DNA from: Gammaproteobacteria bacterium
GTDB taxonomy: Bacteria > Pseudomonadota > Gammaproteobacteria > Steroidobacterales > PWYM01
DNA length: 64,000 nucleotides
Assembly: GCA_007693855.1 (NCBI GenBank)
Contig: RECU01000063.1
Location: 472 to 64,471 of the forward strand
Reading direction: 5' to 3'
The position numbers were made by a program, and so were the translations under genes. A model generated the notes under the pieces. The model had not been told where the DNA came from, ran no database searches, and saw nothing but the letters and a program-made list of their open reading frames with translations. Below, piece by piece: positions 32,701 through 40,329 of this stretch (the first letter of the stretch is position 1; the number at the start of each line of letters is the position of its first letter).

Positions 32701-32951
32701 ATGCGGCCGGCGGGAATCGCCCCGCGCTGCAGCGCCCAGACAAACCGCTCATACCAGTATTCCCGCACCTCCGGCGCCTCGACATCCGCCAGGGCACGGG
32801 CCACGCGGGCGTAGGTGTCCTGGATGCTGCGGTCTACCGGGGTACCGTCCTTGGTGGCGAGACGGTACTTCTTTTCCCAGATATCGAGCGAGGCTTCCTG
32901 AAACGGGATCTCGGCACTCGGTGGTGTATCCATCTTCACGGCGATCTTCAT
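29721..32951 (-). CDS. nrdJa: adenosylcobalamin-dependent (class II) ribonucleotide reductase NrdJa, interrupted by an in-frame intein
   Basis: Start at MKIAVKMDTPPSAEIPFQE.. (ATG 32951). RNR motifs are present (SNAGA, CGIGYEFS.LRPRG, ATNP|CGEQPLPPYGSC, SIAPTGT). After removing 360 intein residues the mature protein is about 716 aa. Confidence 0.9.
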   Translation of the reverse strand: MKIAVKMDTPPSAEIPFQEASLDIWEKKYRLATKDGTPVDRSIQDTYARVARALADVEAPEVREYWYERFVWALQRGAIPAGRITSNAGALAHKPATSTINCTVSGTIEDSMDDILNKVHEAGLTLKAGCGIGYEFSTLRPRGAYVSGAGAYTSGPLSFMDIYDRMCFTVSSAGGRRGAQMGTFDVGHPDALDFVRAKREDGRLRQFNLSLLITDEFMQAVREDQPWRLAFPVTEAEVRQESLDLADEETFVWREWPGEDRRYARNEVGLVACKVYRTVPARRVWDVIMASTYDFAEPGFVLIDRVNEMNNNWWCEDIRATNPCVTADTWVNTGEGPRQVGELLGRRFSVRVDGRLHDTTEAGFFQTGIREVLRLETAEGHTLRLTPDHRVRRVTGFAAGQPVTAWCEAGELRRGDRVLLQDHRHNPYWTGELSEDEGYLLGMLVSRGRVEQEQAWLSLWRTPVAANAPYAGIAGSVRGIMGRVTDAAKALTGGTGFVGWQEVPERGEYRLAVPGLSGLARRLGLAAGSGEVSAAVERTSSRFHAGFLRAWFDVRGRLEERDGQLQLVLLGGNDVNLGHDGPSLGALQRMLQRLGVIASVDAQAGQLMLRGSNLAEFARRIGFADTERQQRLESWLAAAGETLYQERFIARVSALVTDGVAEVYDVQVPGVNCFDGNGLHAHNCGEQPLPPYGSCLLGSVNLTKFVIDPFTDKARFDWEQYRDVVRVFTRMLDNVVEINGLPLGRQREEITRKRRHGMGFLGLGSTITMMTMKYGSRSSVAFTQNVSREMALAGWETALELAREKGPAPIMLEEFTVTPEMLRKRPEMVRDGYQPGDRIPGRILHSRYSRYMQRVADAAPELVDQLAEVGARFTHHSSIAPTGTISLSLANNASNGIEPSFAHHYFRNVIREGRKSKERVDVFSFELLAYRHLINPKAMPFSDKPEEQLPEYFTVADDVTPTQHVDIQAAAQLWVDSSISKTANVPTDYDYEDFKDIYMYAYEQGLKGCTTFRFNPEAFQGVLVKESDLKNTTYVFTLEDGSEVKVRGDEEIEYDGEVHTAANLYDALKEGYYGKF
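30903..31982 (-). mobile_element. intein (360 aa; Hint domain plus degenerate LAGLIDADG-type endonuclease insert) in NrdJa
   Basis: Cys1 is verified (TGC, plus-strand gca at 31980-31982; block A CVTADTWV). Block B is LTPDH and block F is EVYDVQVPGVNCFDGNG. Block G is LHAHN, with the Asn codon at 30903-30905, followed by +1 Cys. The flanks rejoin to the universal ATNP-CGEQPLPPYGSC. Confidence 0.85.
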
Positions 32952-33090
32952 GATTCGACACTGGCTCCCCTGGCTGGCCCGGGCCGGACGCTGACAAGCT
33001 GTCCGGCGGCGGAACGGGCGTCTGTCCCGCTGTGCCCGCGCGACCCTGCAGCCACTGCGAGCGGGATGATTCTTTGTGGTGACCCCTGGA

Positions 33091-33106
33091 ACACAAGATA
33101 TTGTGC
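33091..33106. promoter_or_regulatory. NrdR-box-like palindrome 1 (ACACAAGATATTGTGC)
   Basis: It fits the published NrdR consensus acaCwAtATaTwGtgt. It lies 12 nt downstream of the -10 hexamer of the nrdJ promoter, around the predicted transcription start. Confidence 0.6.
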
Positions 33107-33117
33107 CCTGTGCCTGA

Positions 33118-33146
33118 ACTGTAGGCCCCAGTCCGGGGAGTGTCAA
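33118..33146 (-). promoter_or_regulatory. sigma70 promoter of nrdJa-nrdJb (TTGACA-N17-TACAGT) with AT-rich upstream tract
   Basis: The minus strand reads agccTTGACActccccggactggggccTACAGTtc. About 60 nt upstream of the -35 are A/T-rich (UP-element-like) in an otherwise GC-rich region. Confidence 0.55.
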
Positions 33147-33269
33147 GGCTTTTGTAAAACCAGAAAATAAAGGGTTTACTCTAACAAAAACAATTGATTA
33201 CTTCGACAATAGGCGCGTTTTTCCGGGGCATTCCGGATTATCGGCGGGGCCGGTCCGCCCTGCGACCAG

Positions 33270-33285
33270 ACACAAGATCTTGTGG
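33270..33285. promoter_or_regulatory. NrdR-box-like palindrome 2 (ACACAAGATCTTGTGG; core CACAAGATCTTGTG is a perfect 14-bp palindrome)
   Basis: Near-duplicate of box 1, 179 bp centre to centre, upstream of the promoter. Confidence 0.55.
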
Positions 33286-33455
33286 CTGCTAACGCACAGG
33301 TTCTCCACCTGCCACGCACCGCTTGTCCACACCTTGATCCACAGCCCGCGCCCCGCCAGCCGGGTGGGAGCCCCCCCCGGTCGCGGCCGATGGGGTTGAA
33401 AGCCGACACCTCCGCCCTCATAGCCCCCTGAACTGGGGCCCTGGGGTGAGGCGCT

Positions 33456-33484
33456 GGAACTATTGCGCCTCGGACCGGTCCTGA
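33456..33484 (+). promoter_or_regulatory. candidate sigma-E/AlgU-type promoter upstream of the DegP-like protease (GGAACTA-N16-TCCTGA)
   Basis: It compares with GGAACTT-N16-TCAAA (E. coli RpoE) and GAACTT-N16/17-TCTGA (AlgU). It lies about 70 nt before ATG 33556. Confidence 0.35.
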
Positions 33485-33555
33485 ACACGCACGGGCGGTG
33501 GCCAGCGGATGTCCGCGTCGCCCGTTTGAATCCGCCGTCTCATCAGAGGGTTGCC

Positions 33556-34977
33556 ATGAACACAGTTCGAACCGCCTGCCGACCGCGCCCCAACCGCCTG
33601 CTGCTGCCGCTGCTCGCGCTGACCGTGGCGGGCGCCGCCGCGCTGGCCCCGTCGCAGGCGACGGCCGCACTGCCGCTGGACGTCTCCGGCGAACGCCTGC
33701 CCAGCCTGGCGCCGATGATCGAGGAAGTCTCGCCAGCGGTCGTCAACATCGCGGTCCGCGGCAGCGTGGAAGTCCGCAACCCGTTCATGGAAGACCCGTT
33801 CTTCCGGCGCTTCTTCGGCATGCCCGAAGAAGGCCCGGGCCAGCGGCGGCGCTTCCAGAGCGCAGGCTCCGGGGTGATCGTGGATGCCGAACAGGGCTAC
33901 CTGCTGACCAACCACCACGTCATCCAGAATGCCGAGGAAATCACCATCACGCTGGTCGACGGCCGCGAACTCAAGGCCGAGGTCGTCGGCTCCGACCGCG
34001 GGTCGGACATCGCGGTACTCAAGGTCGACAGCAATGGCCTCAAGGCCATTCGCGTGGCCGATTCCGACGAATCGCGCGTAGGCGACTTCGTGGTGGCCAT
34101 CGGCAATCCCTTCGGCCTGGCCCACACCGTCACCTCCGGTATCGTCAGCGCCCTCGGGCGCTCGGGCCTGAACCCGGAGGGCTACGAGGACTTCATCCAG
34201 ACCGATGCCTCAATCAACCCCGGCAACTCCGGGGGCGCGCTGGTCAACCTGCGCGGTGAACTCATCGGTATCAATACGGCGATCTTTGCCGCCCGTGGCG
34301 GCGGCAATATCGGCATCGGCTTCGCCATTCCGGTGAACATGGCCCAGGCCATCATGGACCAGATCCTCGAGTTCGGCGAAGTCCGCCGCGGCCTGCTGGG
34401 CGTGAACATCTTCCCGGTGACACAAAGCACCGCCGAGGCCTATGGGCTCGACGAGGCGCGTGGCGCCCTGGTCGTGCAGGTCAGCCCGGGCTCGGCCGCC
34501 GAGCAGGCGGGCGTGCAGATCGACGATGTCATCATTTCGGTCAACGACCGCCGTGTCGACGATCCCAACCAGCTGCGCAACACCATCGGCATGAAGCGGG
34601 TGGGCGAAGAAGTGCGCCTGGGTCTCATCCGCGACGGGCAGCGCGTGAACCTGACCGCCACGCTGCAGGAGGCCGGGACCGCGGAAATTGAGAGCGGTGA
34701 TGCCGGCAGCATTGATCCCGCACTCGAGGGCGCGCAGTTCTCCAACTACACCTCGGCGCGGCCGAACTACATCGGCCAGGATGGCGTGCTGGTCACCGAG
34801 GTGGCTGACGGCACCCCAGCCGCCCAGCGGGGGCTGCGCAACGGCGACATCATCCTCGCGGTGAACCGCAACCGGGTGCGTAACCTGGCCGAGCTGCAGA
34901 CGGCGATCGAGGGCTCCGGAGCGGTGATCCTGCGGGTGCGACGCGGCAACCAGAATCTGCTCGTGCCGATCCGCTGA
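33556..34977 (+). CDS. Do-family periplasmic serine endopeptidase (DegP/DegQ/MucD-like), two PDZ domains
   Basis: It has a signal peptide, the motifs SPAVVNI and TNHHV, the catalytic GNSGGAL, and two PDZ-like repeats. Start at MNTVRTACRP.. Confidence 0.9.
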   Translation: MNTVRTACRPRPNRLLLPLLALTVAGAAALAPSQATAALPLDVSGERLPSLAPMIEEVSPAVVNIAVRGSVEVRNPFMEDPFFRRFFGMPEEGPGQRRRFQSAGSGVIVDAEQGYLLTNHHVIQNAEEITITLVDGRELKAEVVGSDRGSDIAVLKVDSNGLKAIRVADSDESRVGDFVVAIGNPFGLAHTVTSGIVSALGRSGLNPEGYEDFIQTDASINPGNSGGALVNLRGELIGINTAIFAARGGGNIGIGFAIPVNMAQAIMDQILEFGEVRRGLLGVNIFPVTQSTAEAYGLDEARGALVVQVSPGSAAEQAGVQIDDVIISVNDRRVDDPNQLRNTIGMKRVGEEVRLGLIRDGQRVNLTATLQEAGTAEIESGDAGSIDPALEGAQFSNYTSARPNYIGQDGVLVTEVADGTPAAQRGLRNGDIILAVNRNRVRNLAELQTAIEGSGAVILRVRRGNQNLLVPIR

Positions 34978-35018
34978 GTGCTGCGCCGCGACACCTGCGG
35001 CACTGCTACACTGGCGGG

Positions 35019-36977
35019 GTGAACGCGCCATGGCACGCCACCCCGCCACTTCGCCGCCTGCGACTGCTCGCGGCGGCGTTGATGATCTGCGCGCCCGCAG
35101 CGTCGGCGATCGCCGACGCTGACCCCCTGCTGCTGCTCGAGGCCCAGCGCGCAGCCTTCCGCGAGGCCTGGCCCCATGCCGAGCGCGGCCAGTGGGCGCG
35201 GATCGAGCCCAGCCTGGCGCTGCTCGAGGACTATGTACTCTATCCCGAGCTTCGTGGCGCCTGGCTGCGCGCCACGGTCTCGCAGCGCAGCCGCGACGAA
35301 CTGCTGGCCTACCTGGACCGTTACCCCGGGCATCCTTCGGGCCGAGAACTCATGCTGCGCTGGCTCTCGGTGCTGGCCAGCCGCGAAGACTGGCCGGGGT
35401 ATCTCGAGGTGTATCACCGGCTTGGCGGCTCGGAGAGTGCGCGGCTGCGCTGCCTGGCCGCGCGCGCCGAGCTCGCCACCGGCCTCACGGAGGGCTGGCA
35501 CGAGCGCGCACTGGCGTTGTGGCGGGTGGGCATCAGCCAGCCGGAGGACTGTGACCCGGTGTTCGCGCGCCTGCGCCGCGACGGTCATCTCGACGAGGCC
35601 GCCGTGCGCGAGCGGATGGCGTTGGCCATCGAGGCCCGGCAGTTCCAGCTCGCGCGCTTCCTCGCCCGCTCGCTGCCCGCCGAGGACCTCCGGCTGGTCG
35701 AGCGCTGGGAGGCGATGCAGGAGGACCCCGCAGCGCGTCTGGGCGGGTACCCGGAATCTTCAGACCGCGACGCCGAGTGGGCGCGGGTGCGCTATGGGCT
35801 GCTGGTGCTGGCCGCGCGCGACACGGAACTGGCGTTCAACCACTGGCAGCGCCTGGCGCCACACTACGCCACCGCCGATGCCGACGAGGTCGGCCGGCGC
35901 ATCGCGCTGGCGGGTGCCCGGCGCAATCGCCCGAACGCCGACACTCTGCTGGCAGCGCTACCCGGTGCGGCGGTCGATCTCGAGGTCCGTCACTGGCGGC
36001 TGCGCCTGGCGCTGCGCGAGGGCGACTGGGCCGGCGCGCTGGACGCCACCACCACGCCCGAGGATGACACCGCACTGAGCTTCTGGCGCGGCCGCGCGCT
36101 GGAGGCGCTGGCGCAGCCCGAGCAGGCCGCCGCAGCCTTCCGGCAAGTGGCCGACGAACGCAATCTCTACGGCTTTCTCGCCGCCGAGCGCAGTGGCCGC
36201 CCCAAAGCCCTGCAGCATCGTCCCACGCCGGTCGATCTGCGGTTGCGCCTGGCACTGGAGGCGCGCCCCGAGTTCATCCACGCGCGCGAACTGTTCAAGG
36301 TCGGCTTGGACAGCCGCGGGCGCAGCGCCTGGGCCCGCGCCATCGCCGATCTACCCCCGGAGGCGCTCGCCCAGGCGGCCCTGCTGGCGCATGAGTGGGG
36401 CTGGCACTCGCGTGCCATCGCGACCGCGGCACGCGCGGGGCTGATGGATGACCTCGAAATCCGCTACCCGCTGGCCTGGCAGGAGCGCTTCAGCGAGACC
36501 GCGGCCCAGGCGCGGCTGCCCAGTCCATGGACGATCGGCGTGGCGCGCAATGAGAGCCTGTTCGTGCCCGACATCGCCTCACCGGCCGGCGCGGTCGGAC
36601 TCATGCAGCTGATGCCGGCCACCGGCCGCGAGGTCGCCCGCGAGCTGCGCCTGCCCTTCCAGGGCCTGGCGACGCTCATCGATCCGGACACCAATATCCG
36701 CCTGGGGACCCGCTATCTGGAACGCATGCTGGCGCGCTTCGACCAGCATTTCGTGCTGGCCACGGCAGCCTACAACGCGGGACCGACGCGGGTGCAACGC
36801 TGGCTGCCGGACACGGCTCTGCCGGCCGATGCCTGGATCGAACTGATTCCCTTCGACGAAACACGGACCTACGTCCACCGGGTCATGGCCAGCAAAGCGA
36901 TCTTCCACTGGCGGCTGACCGGCGAGGAGCTCGCGCTCGCGGAGATCATGCGCGACGTCCCACCGGCTGGCCTATAA
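35019..36977 (+). CDS. slt: soluble lytic murein transglycosylase (Slt70-like)
   Basis: It has a long superhelical N-terminal region plus a catalytic domain with ESLFVP.., GLMQLMPATG and AAYNAGP. GTG start. Confidence 0.85.
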   Translation: MNAPWHATPPLRRLRLLAAALMICAPAASAIADADPLLLLEAQRAAFREAWPHAERGQWARIEPSLALLEDYVLYPELRGAWLRATVSQRSRDELLAYLDRYPGHPSGRELMLRWLSVLASREDWPGYLEVYHRLGGSESARLRCLAARAELATGLTEGWHERALALWRVGISQPEDCDPVFARLRRDGHLDEAAVRERMALAIEARQFQLARFLARSLPAEDLRLVERWEAMQEDPAARLGGYPESSDRDAEWARVRYGLLVLAARDTELAFNHWQRLAPHYATADADEVGRRIALAGARRNRPNADTLLAALPGAAVDLEVRHWRLRLALREGDWAGALDATTTPEDDTALSFWRGRALEALAQPEQAAAAFRQVADERNLYGFLAAERSGRPKALQHRPTPVDLRLRLALEARPEFIHARELFKVGLDSRGRSAWARAIADLPPEALAQAALLAHEWGWHSRAIATAARAGLMDDLEIRYPLAWQERFSETAAQARLPSPWTIGVARNESLFVPDIASPAGAVGLMQLMPATGREVARELRLPFQGLATLIDPDTNIRLGTRYLERMLARFDQHFVLATAAYNAGPTRVQRWLPDTALPADAWIELIPFDETRTYVHRVMASKAIFHWRLTGEELALAEIMRDVPPAGL

Positions 36978-36984
36978 TTCCGGC

Positions 36985-37944
36985 ATGTCTGAAAAATCCA
37001 TCTGCATTCTTGGCGGCACCGGCTTCCTCGGCACCCGCCTGGCGACACGTCTCGCGCGCGACGGCCACAGTCTGCTGGTCCCCAGCCGCTATCGCGAAGG
37101 CGGACGGCATCTGCTGGTGCTGCCCAGCCTGACCCTGGTCCAGGACGATCCGCACGATCGCGACCGGCTGGCAGCGCGGCTGCGCGGCTGCGACGTGGTG
37201 ATCAACCTGGTCGGCATCCTGAACGAACGTGGGCGCGATGGCTCGGGCTTTCGCCGCGCGCATACCGAGTTCGCCCGCACCGTCGTGCATGCCGCCCGCG
37301 AGGCCGGCGTCCGGCGGCTGCTGCACATGAGCGCGCTCAAGGCCAATGCCGAGCGCGGGCCAAGCCATTACCTGCGCAGCAAGGGCGAGGCCGAGCAGGT
37401 GGTGCGCGAAGAATGCGGCCCGGACCTCGCCTGGACGATCTTCCAGCCCTCGGTGATCTTCGGGCCGAACGACAGCTTCCTCAACCGCTTCGCCGGGCTG
37501 CTCCGGTTCCTGCCGGTGCTGCCGCTGGCGCGGCCGGACGCCCGCTTTGCGCCGGTATATGTGGAGGACGTGGTCGAGGCCATGGTGCGCTGCCTCGAGG
37601 ATGCCGACACCTGGGGCCAGACCTACCAGCTCTGCGGGCCAACCATCTACACGCTGCGTGAACTGGTCACCTATGTGGCCGACACCCTGGAACGGCGCCG
37701 GGCGATTGTCGGCCTGCCGGACTGGGCCTCGCGACTGCAGGCACGGATCATGGACTTCGTGCCTGGCAAACCCTTCTCCACCGACAACGACCGCTCGCTG
37801 ACGGTCAACAGCGTGTGCAGCGACTCGGGTTTCGAGGCGCTGGGGCTGCGGCCACGGTCACTGGAGACCGTCGCACCCCGCTACCTGCGCCGCGACACCG
37901 AGCGCCGACGCCTGAGCGATCTGCGCGCCTCGGCACGCCGCTAG
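36985..37944 (+). CDS. complex I NDUFA9-subunit-family NAD(P)-binding protein (atypical SDR)
   Basis: Rossmann motif ILGGTGFLG plus the typical ..YLRSKGEAE.. and PSVIFGP segments. Confidence 0.8.
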   Translation: MSEKSICILGGTGFLGTRLATRLARDGHSLLVPSRYREGGRHLLVLPSLTLVQDDPHDRDRLAARLRGCDVVINLVGILNERGRDGSGFRRAHTEFARTVVHAAREAGVRRLLHMSALKANAERGPSHYLRSKGEAEQVVREECGPDLAWTIFQPSVIFGPNDSFLNRFAGLLRFLPVLPLARPDARFAPVYVEDVVEAMVRCLEDADTWGQTYQLCGPTIYTLRELVTYVADTLERRRAIVGLPDWASRLQARIMDFVPGKPFSTDNDRSLTVNSVCSDSGFEALGLRPRSLETVAPRYLRRDTERRRLSDLRASARR

Positions 37945-38988
37945 CCGCAGGTCGCCCTCCAGCAGGGCCGCCAGCGCGGCGTGTCGGGCCTCCGGCGCCA
38001 GGGCGCCGAGTTCGGCCGCCCTGGCGTGGAAGTCGGGCATGTCCGCGGACAGTGCGATCAGGCGATGGAAGGCCGGCACCAGGTCGCGATAGGTGGCCAC
38101 CGCCAGCAGGTGGGCGTTGTTCAGCGGCCGGGCGAAGAACCCGTCGAACGTCGGGCCTTCGACCCAGTCGGCACGCTGTTCAGCGTAGTCCAGGCGGAGC
38201 TGCTGGAACGCCTCGGCCTCGGCCTGGCGCATCTCCTCGGCGGACAGGCCACTGGCATAGAGGGCGGCGAGGCGCTCACGCTGGCGCTCCAGCAGCGCAT
38301 CGAGCACGCCGCGACGTGCCAGCAGCCGCTCGTAGTCGGCCAGGGCCGCCGCCTGCCCGGTGTGTGTCAGCCACAGGCGCGTGCCGTGCTCCTCGACCGC
38401 CGTGGCGTAGGCCTCGTTGAAGCGCGTGTCATCGGCGATATACAGCTGCTGGTGGGCGAGCTCATGGAAGATGATGCCGGCGAGGTAGGTCTCGCCGCGA
38501 CTGACCATGGTGTTCAGCAGCGGGTCGGCAAACCGCCCGAGCGTCGAGTAGGCGGCGACCTGGCCGACCTGCACATGGTAGCCCTCGGCCGCCAGGCGGG
38601 TCGCGTGCCGCCGGGCCCGCTGCTCGCTGAAGTAGCCCCGGTAGCTGAGACAGCCCGCGACCGGGAAACACCAGATTTTCGGTGCCAGGGAAAACTCCGG
38701 AACCGCGACCACATTCCACACCACCGCCTCACGACCCAGGTCGGCATAGCGGGTGTAGCTGGCATTGTCGGGCAGACCCAGCGTCTCGACCGCGAAGCGA
38801 CGGATCGCCTGGGCCTGTTCGAGCGCACGGGTAAGCTCTGTATCGATGCCAGGATCGGCCAACACCCGGTCGATGGGCTCGGCGGCGCGCATCAGCGCCA
38901 GGTGGCCACTGGCCGCCTGCATGTAATAGCAGCCGCCGAGCGGCAGCAGGGCGATCAGCAGAAGGATCAGCAGGCCGGGCGTGCGCAT
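37858..38988 (-). CDS. putative zinc aminopeptidase lipoprotein (DUF2265/'aminopeptidase' family)
   Basis: It has a lipobox (LLPLGGC) and an HExxH motif (HELAH). Its 3' end overlaps the convergent gene by 87 nt. Confidence 0.75.
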   Translation of the reverse strand: MRTPGLLILLLIALLPLGGCYYMQAASGHLALMRAAEPIDRVLADPGIDTELTRALEQAQAIRRFAVETLGLPDNASYTRYADLGREAVVWNVVAVPEFSLAPKIWCFPVAGCLSYRGYFSEQRARRHATRLAAEGYHVQVGQVAAYSTLGRFADPLLNTMVSRGETYLAGIIFHELAHQQLYIADDTRFNEAYATAVEEHGTRLWLTHTGQAAALADYERLLARRGVLDALLERQRERLAALYASGLSAEEMRQAEAEAFQQLRLDYAEQRADWVEGPTFDGFFARPLNNAHLLAVATYRDLVPAFHRLIALSADMPDFHARAAELGALAPEARHAALAALLEGDLRLAACRGAQIAQASALGVAAQVAGCDGLQ

Positions 38989-39043
38989 GGTCACCGACGA
39001 TAGCACGCGGCTCTGCGATAATGGCGGGATGGAAAACCCCTCG

Positions 39044-40273
39044 ATGGAGATCTACCAGGTCGGCGGCGCGGTGCGCGACCGGCTGCTCGGCCGGCCCGTG
39101 GTCGAGACCGACTGGGTGGTTGTCGGCGCCCGGCCCGAGGCGCTGCGCGCGCGTGGCTTCAAGCAGGTCGGCCGCGATTTTCCAGTGTTCCTGCATCCGG
39201 ACACCGGCGAGGAGTACGCGCTGGCCCGCACCGAGCGCAAGACCGCGCCGGGCTACCACGGCTTCGAGTTCGACTGCGCCGAGACCGTGACGCTGGAGGA
39301 GGACCTGGCGCGCCGCGACCTGACCATCAACGCCATGGCCATGGCTGCTGACGGCCGCGTGATCGACCCCTGGGGCGGCCAGCGCGACCTCCAGGCCCGG
39401 TTGCTGCGACACGTCTCGCCTGCCTTCATCGAAGACCCGGTTCGCATCCTGCGGGTGGCCCGCTTTGCCGCCCGCTTCGCCCCGCTGGGTTTCAGGGTCG
39501 CCGACGAGACCCTGGCGCTGATGCAGGCCATGGTGGTCGACGGCGAGGTCGATGCGCTGGTGCCCGAGCGGGTCTGGCAGGAAACCCACCGGGCGCTTGG
39601 CGAGGACTCGCCCCAGGTGTTCTTCGAAGTGCTGCGGGCCTGCGGCGCGCTGGCCCGGATCTTCCCGGAGATCGAGGCGCTGTTCGGCGTGCCACAACCC
39701 GAGCGCTGGCACCCCGAAATCGACACCGGTGTGCACTTCCTGATGGTGATGGAACAGGCCGCGCTGCTCTCGCCCAAGACCACCGTGCGCTTTGCCGCCC
39801 TGTGCCACGACCTGGGCAAGGGCGAAACCGACCCGGCGATCTGGCCCAGCCACCGCGGGCATGAGGAGGCCAGCGTGCGCCTGACCCACGCGCTGTGTGA
39901 TCGGCTGCGCGTGCCCAACGCGCATCGTGATCTCGCGGTGAAGGTCTCGCGCTACCACGGCCTGGTGCATCGCGCCCACGAACTGCGGCCGCAGACGCTG
40001 CTGAAGATGATTGAGGCCGTCGACGGCCTGCGGCGACCGGAACTGCTGGAGGATTTCCTGCTGGCCTGCGAGGCCGACGCCCGCGGGCGCACCGGGCTTG
40101 AGTTCGACCCTTACCCGCAGGCGGCCCTGATCCAGGCGGCGGCGCGTGCCGCTGGTGAAGTTCAGGCCAAGGCACTGCTCGCCGACGGCCTGCAGGGCAA
40201 GGCCCTGGGCGACGCGCTGCACGCGCGGCGCGTGCACGCCATCAGCGAACGTCTCGCCGACCAGCGGCTCTGA
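39044..40273 (+). CDS. cca: multifunctional CCA-adding enzyme (tRNA nucleotidyltransferase with HD domain)
   Basis: [16 protein letters not shown].. matches the Cca N-terminus. An HD-domain segment (..HFLMVM..CHDLGKG..) is present. An alternative ATG exists at 39029. Confidence 0.9.
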   Translation: MEIYQVGGAVRDRLLGRPVVETDWVVVGARPEALRARGFKQVGRDFPVFLHPDTGEEYALARTERKTAPGYHGFEFDCAETVTLEEDLARRDLTINAMAMAADGRVIDPWGGQRDLQARLLRHVSPAFIEDPVRILRVARFAARFAPLGFRVADETLALMQAMVVDGEVDALVPERVWQETHRALGEDSPQVFFEVLRACGALARIFPEIEALFGVPQPERWHPEIDTGVHFLMVMEQAALLSPKTTVRFAALCHDLGKGETDPAIWPSHRGHEEASVRLTHALCDRLRVPNAHRDLAVKVSRYHGLVHRAHELRPQTLLKMIEAVDGLRRPELLEDFLLACEADARGRTGLEFDPYPQAALIQAAARAAGEVQAKALLADGLQGKALGDALHARRVHAISERLADQRL

Positions 40274-40329
40274 GCTCGCCGCCGGAGCCAGGGCCGGAGC
40301 CGGGGCCACACCCGGTCAACGCCGATCGC

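Noticed and set aside
32952-33117. A possible cobalamin riboswitch in the ~155-nt nrdJ leader. The enzyme is B12-dependent, and fragments such as AGAATCATCCCGC and GCAGTGGC vaguely recall riboswitch segments.
   Set aside because: I could not assemble the conserved B12-box or the characteristic GGUG..AAUCC..CCCGC..CUG core in order. B12 riboswitches normally repress B12-independent isozymes rather than NrdJ. An Infernal/Rfam scan would settle it.
33176-33670. A 164-aa minus-strand ORF, and the smaller ORF 33198..33488, inside the nrdJ/protease intergenic region.
   Set aside because: The composition is Arg/Pro/Ala/Gly-rich and there is no Shine-Dalgarno sequence. The ORF overlaps the protease start and the regulatory elements. 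The region is more plausibly non-coding control DNA.
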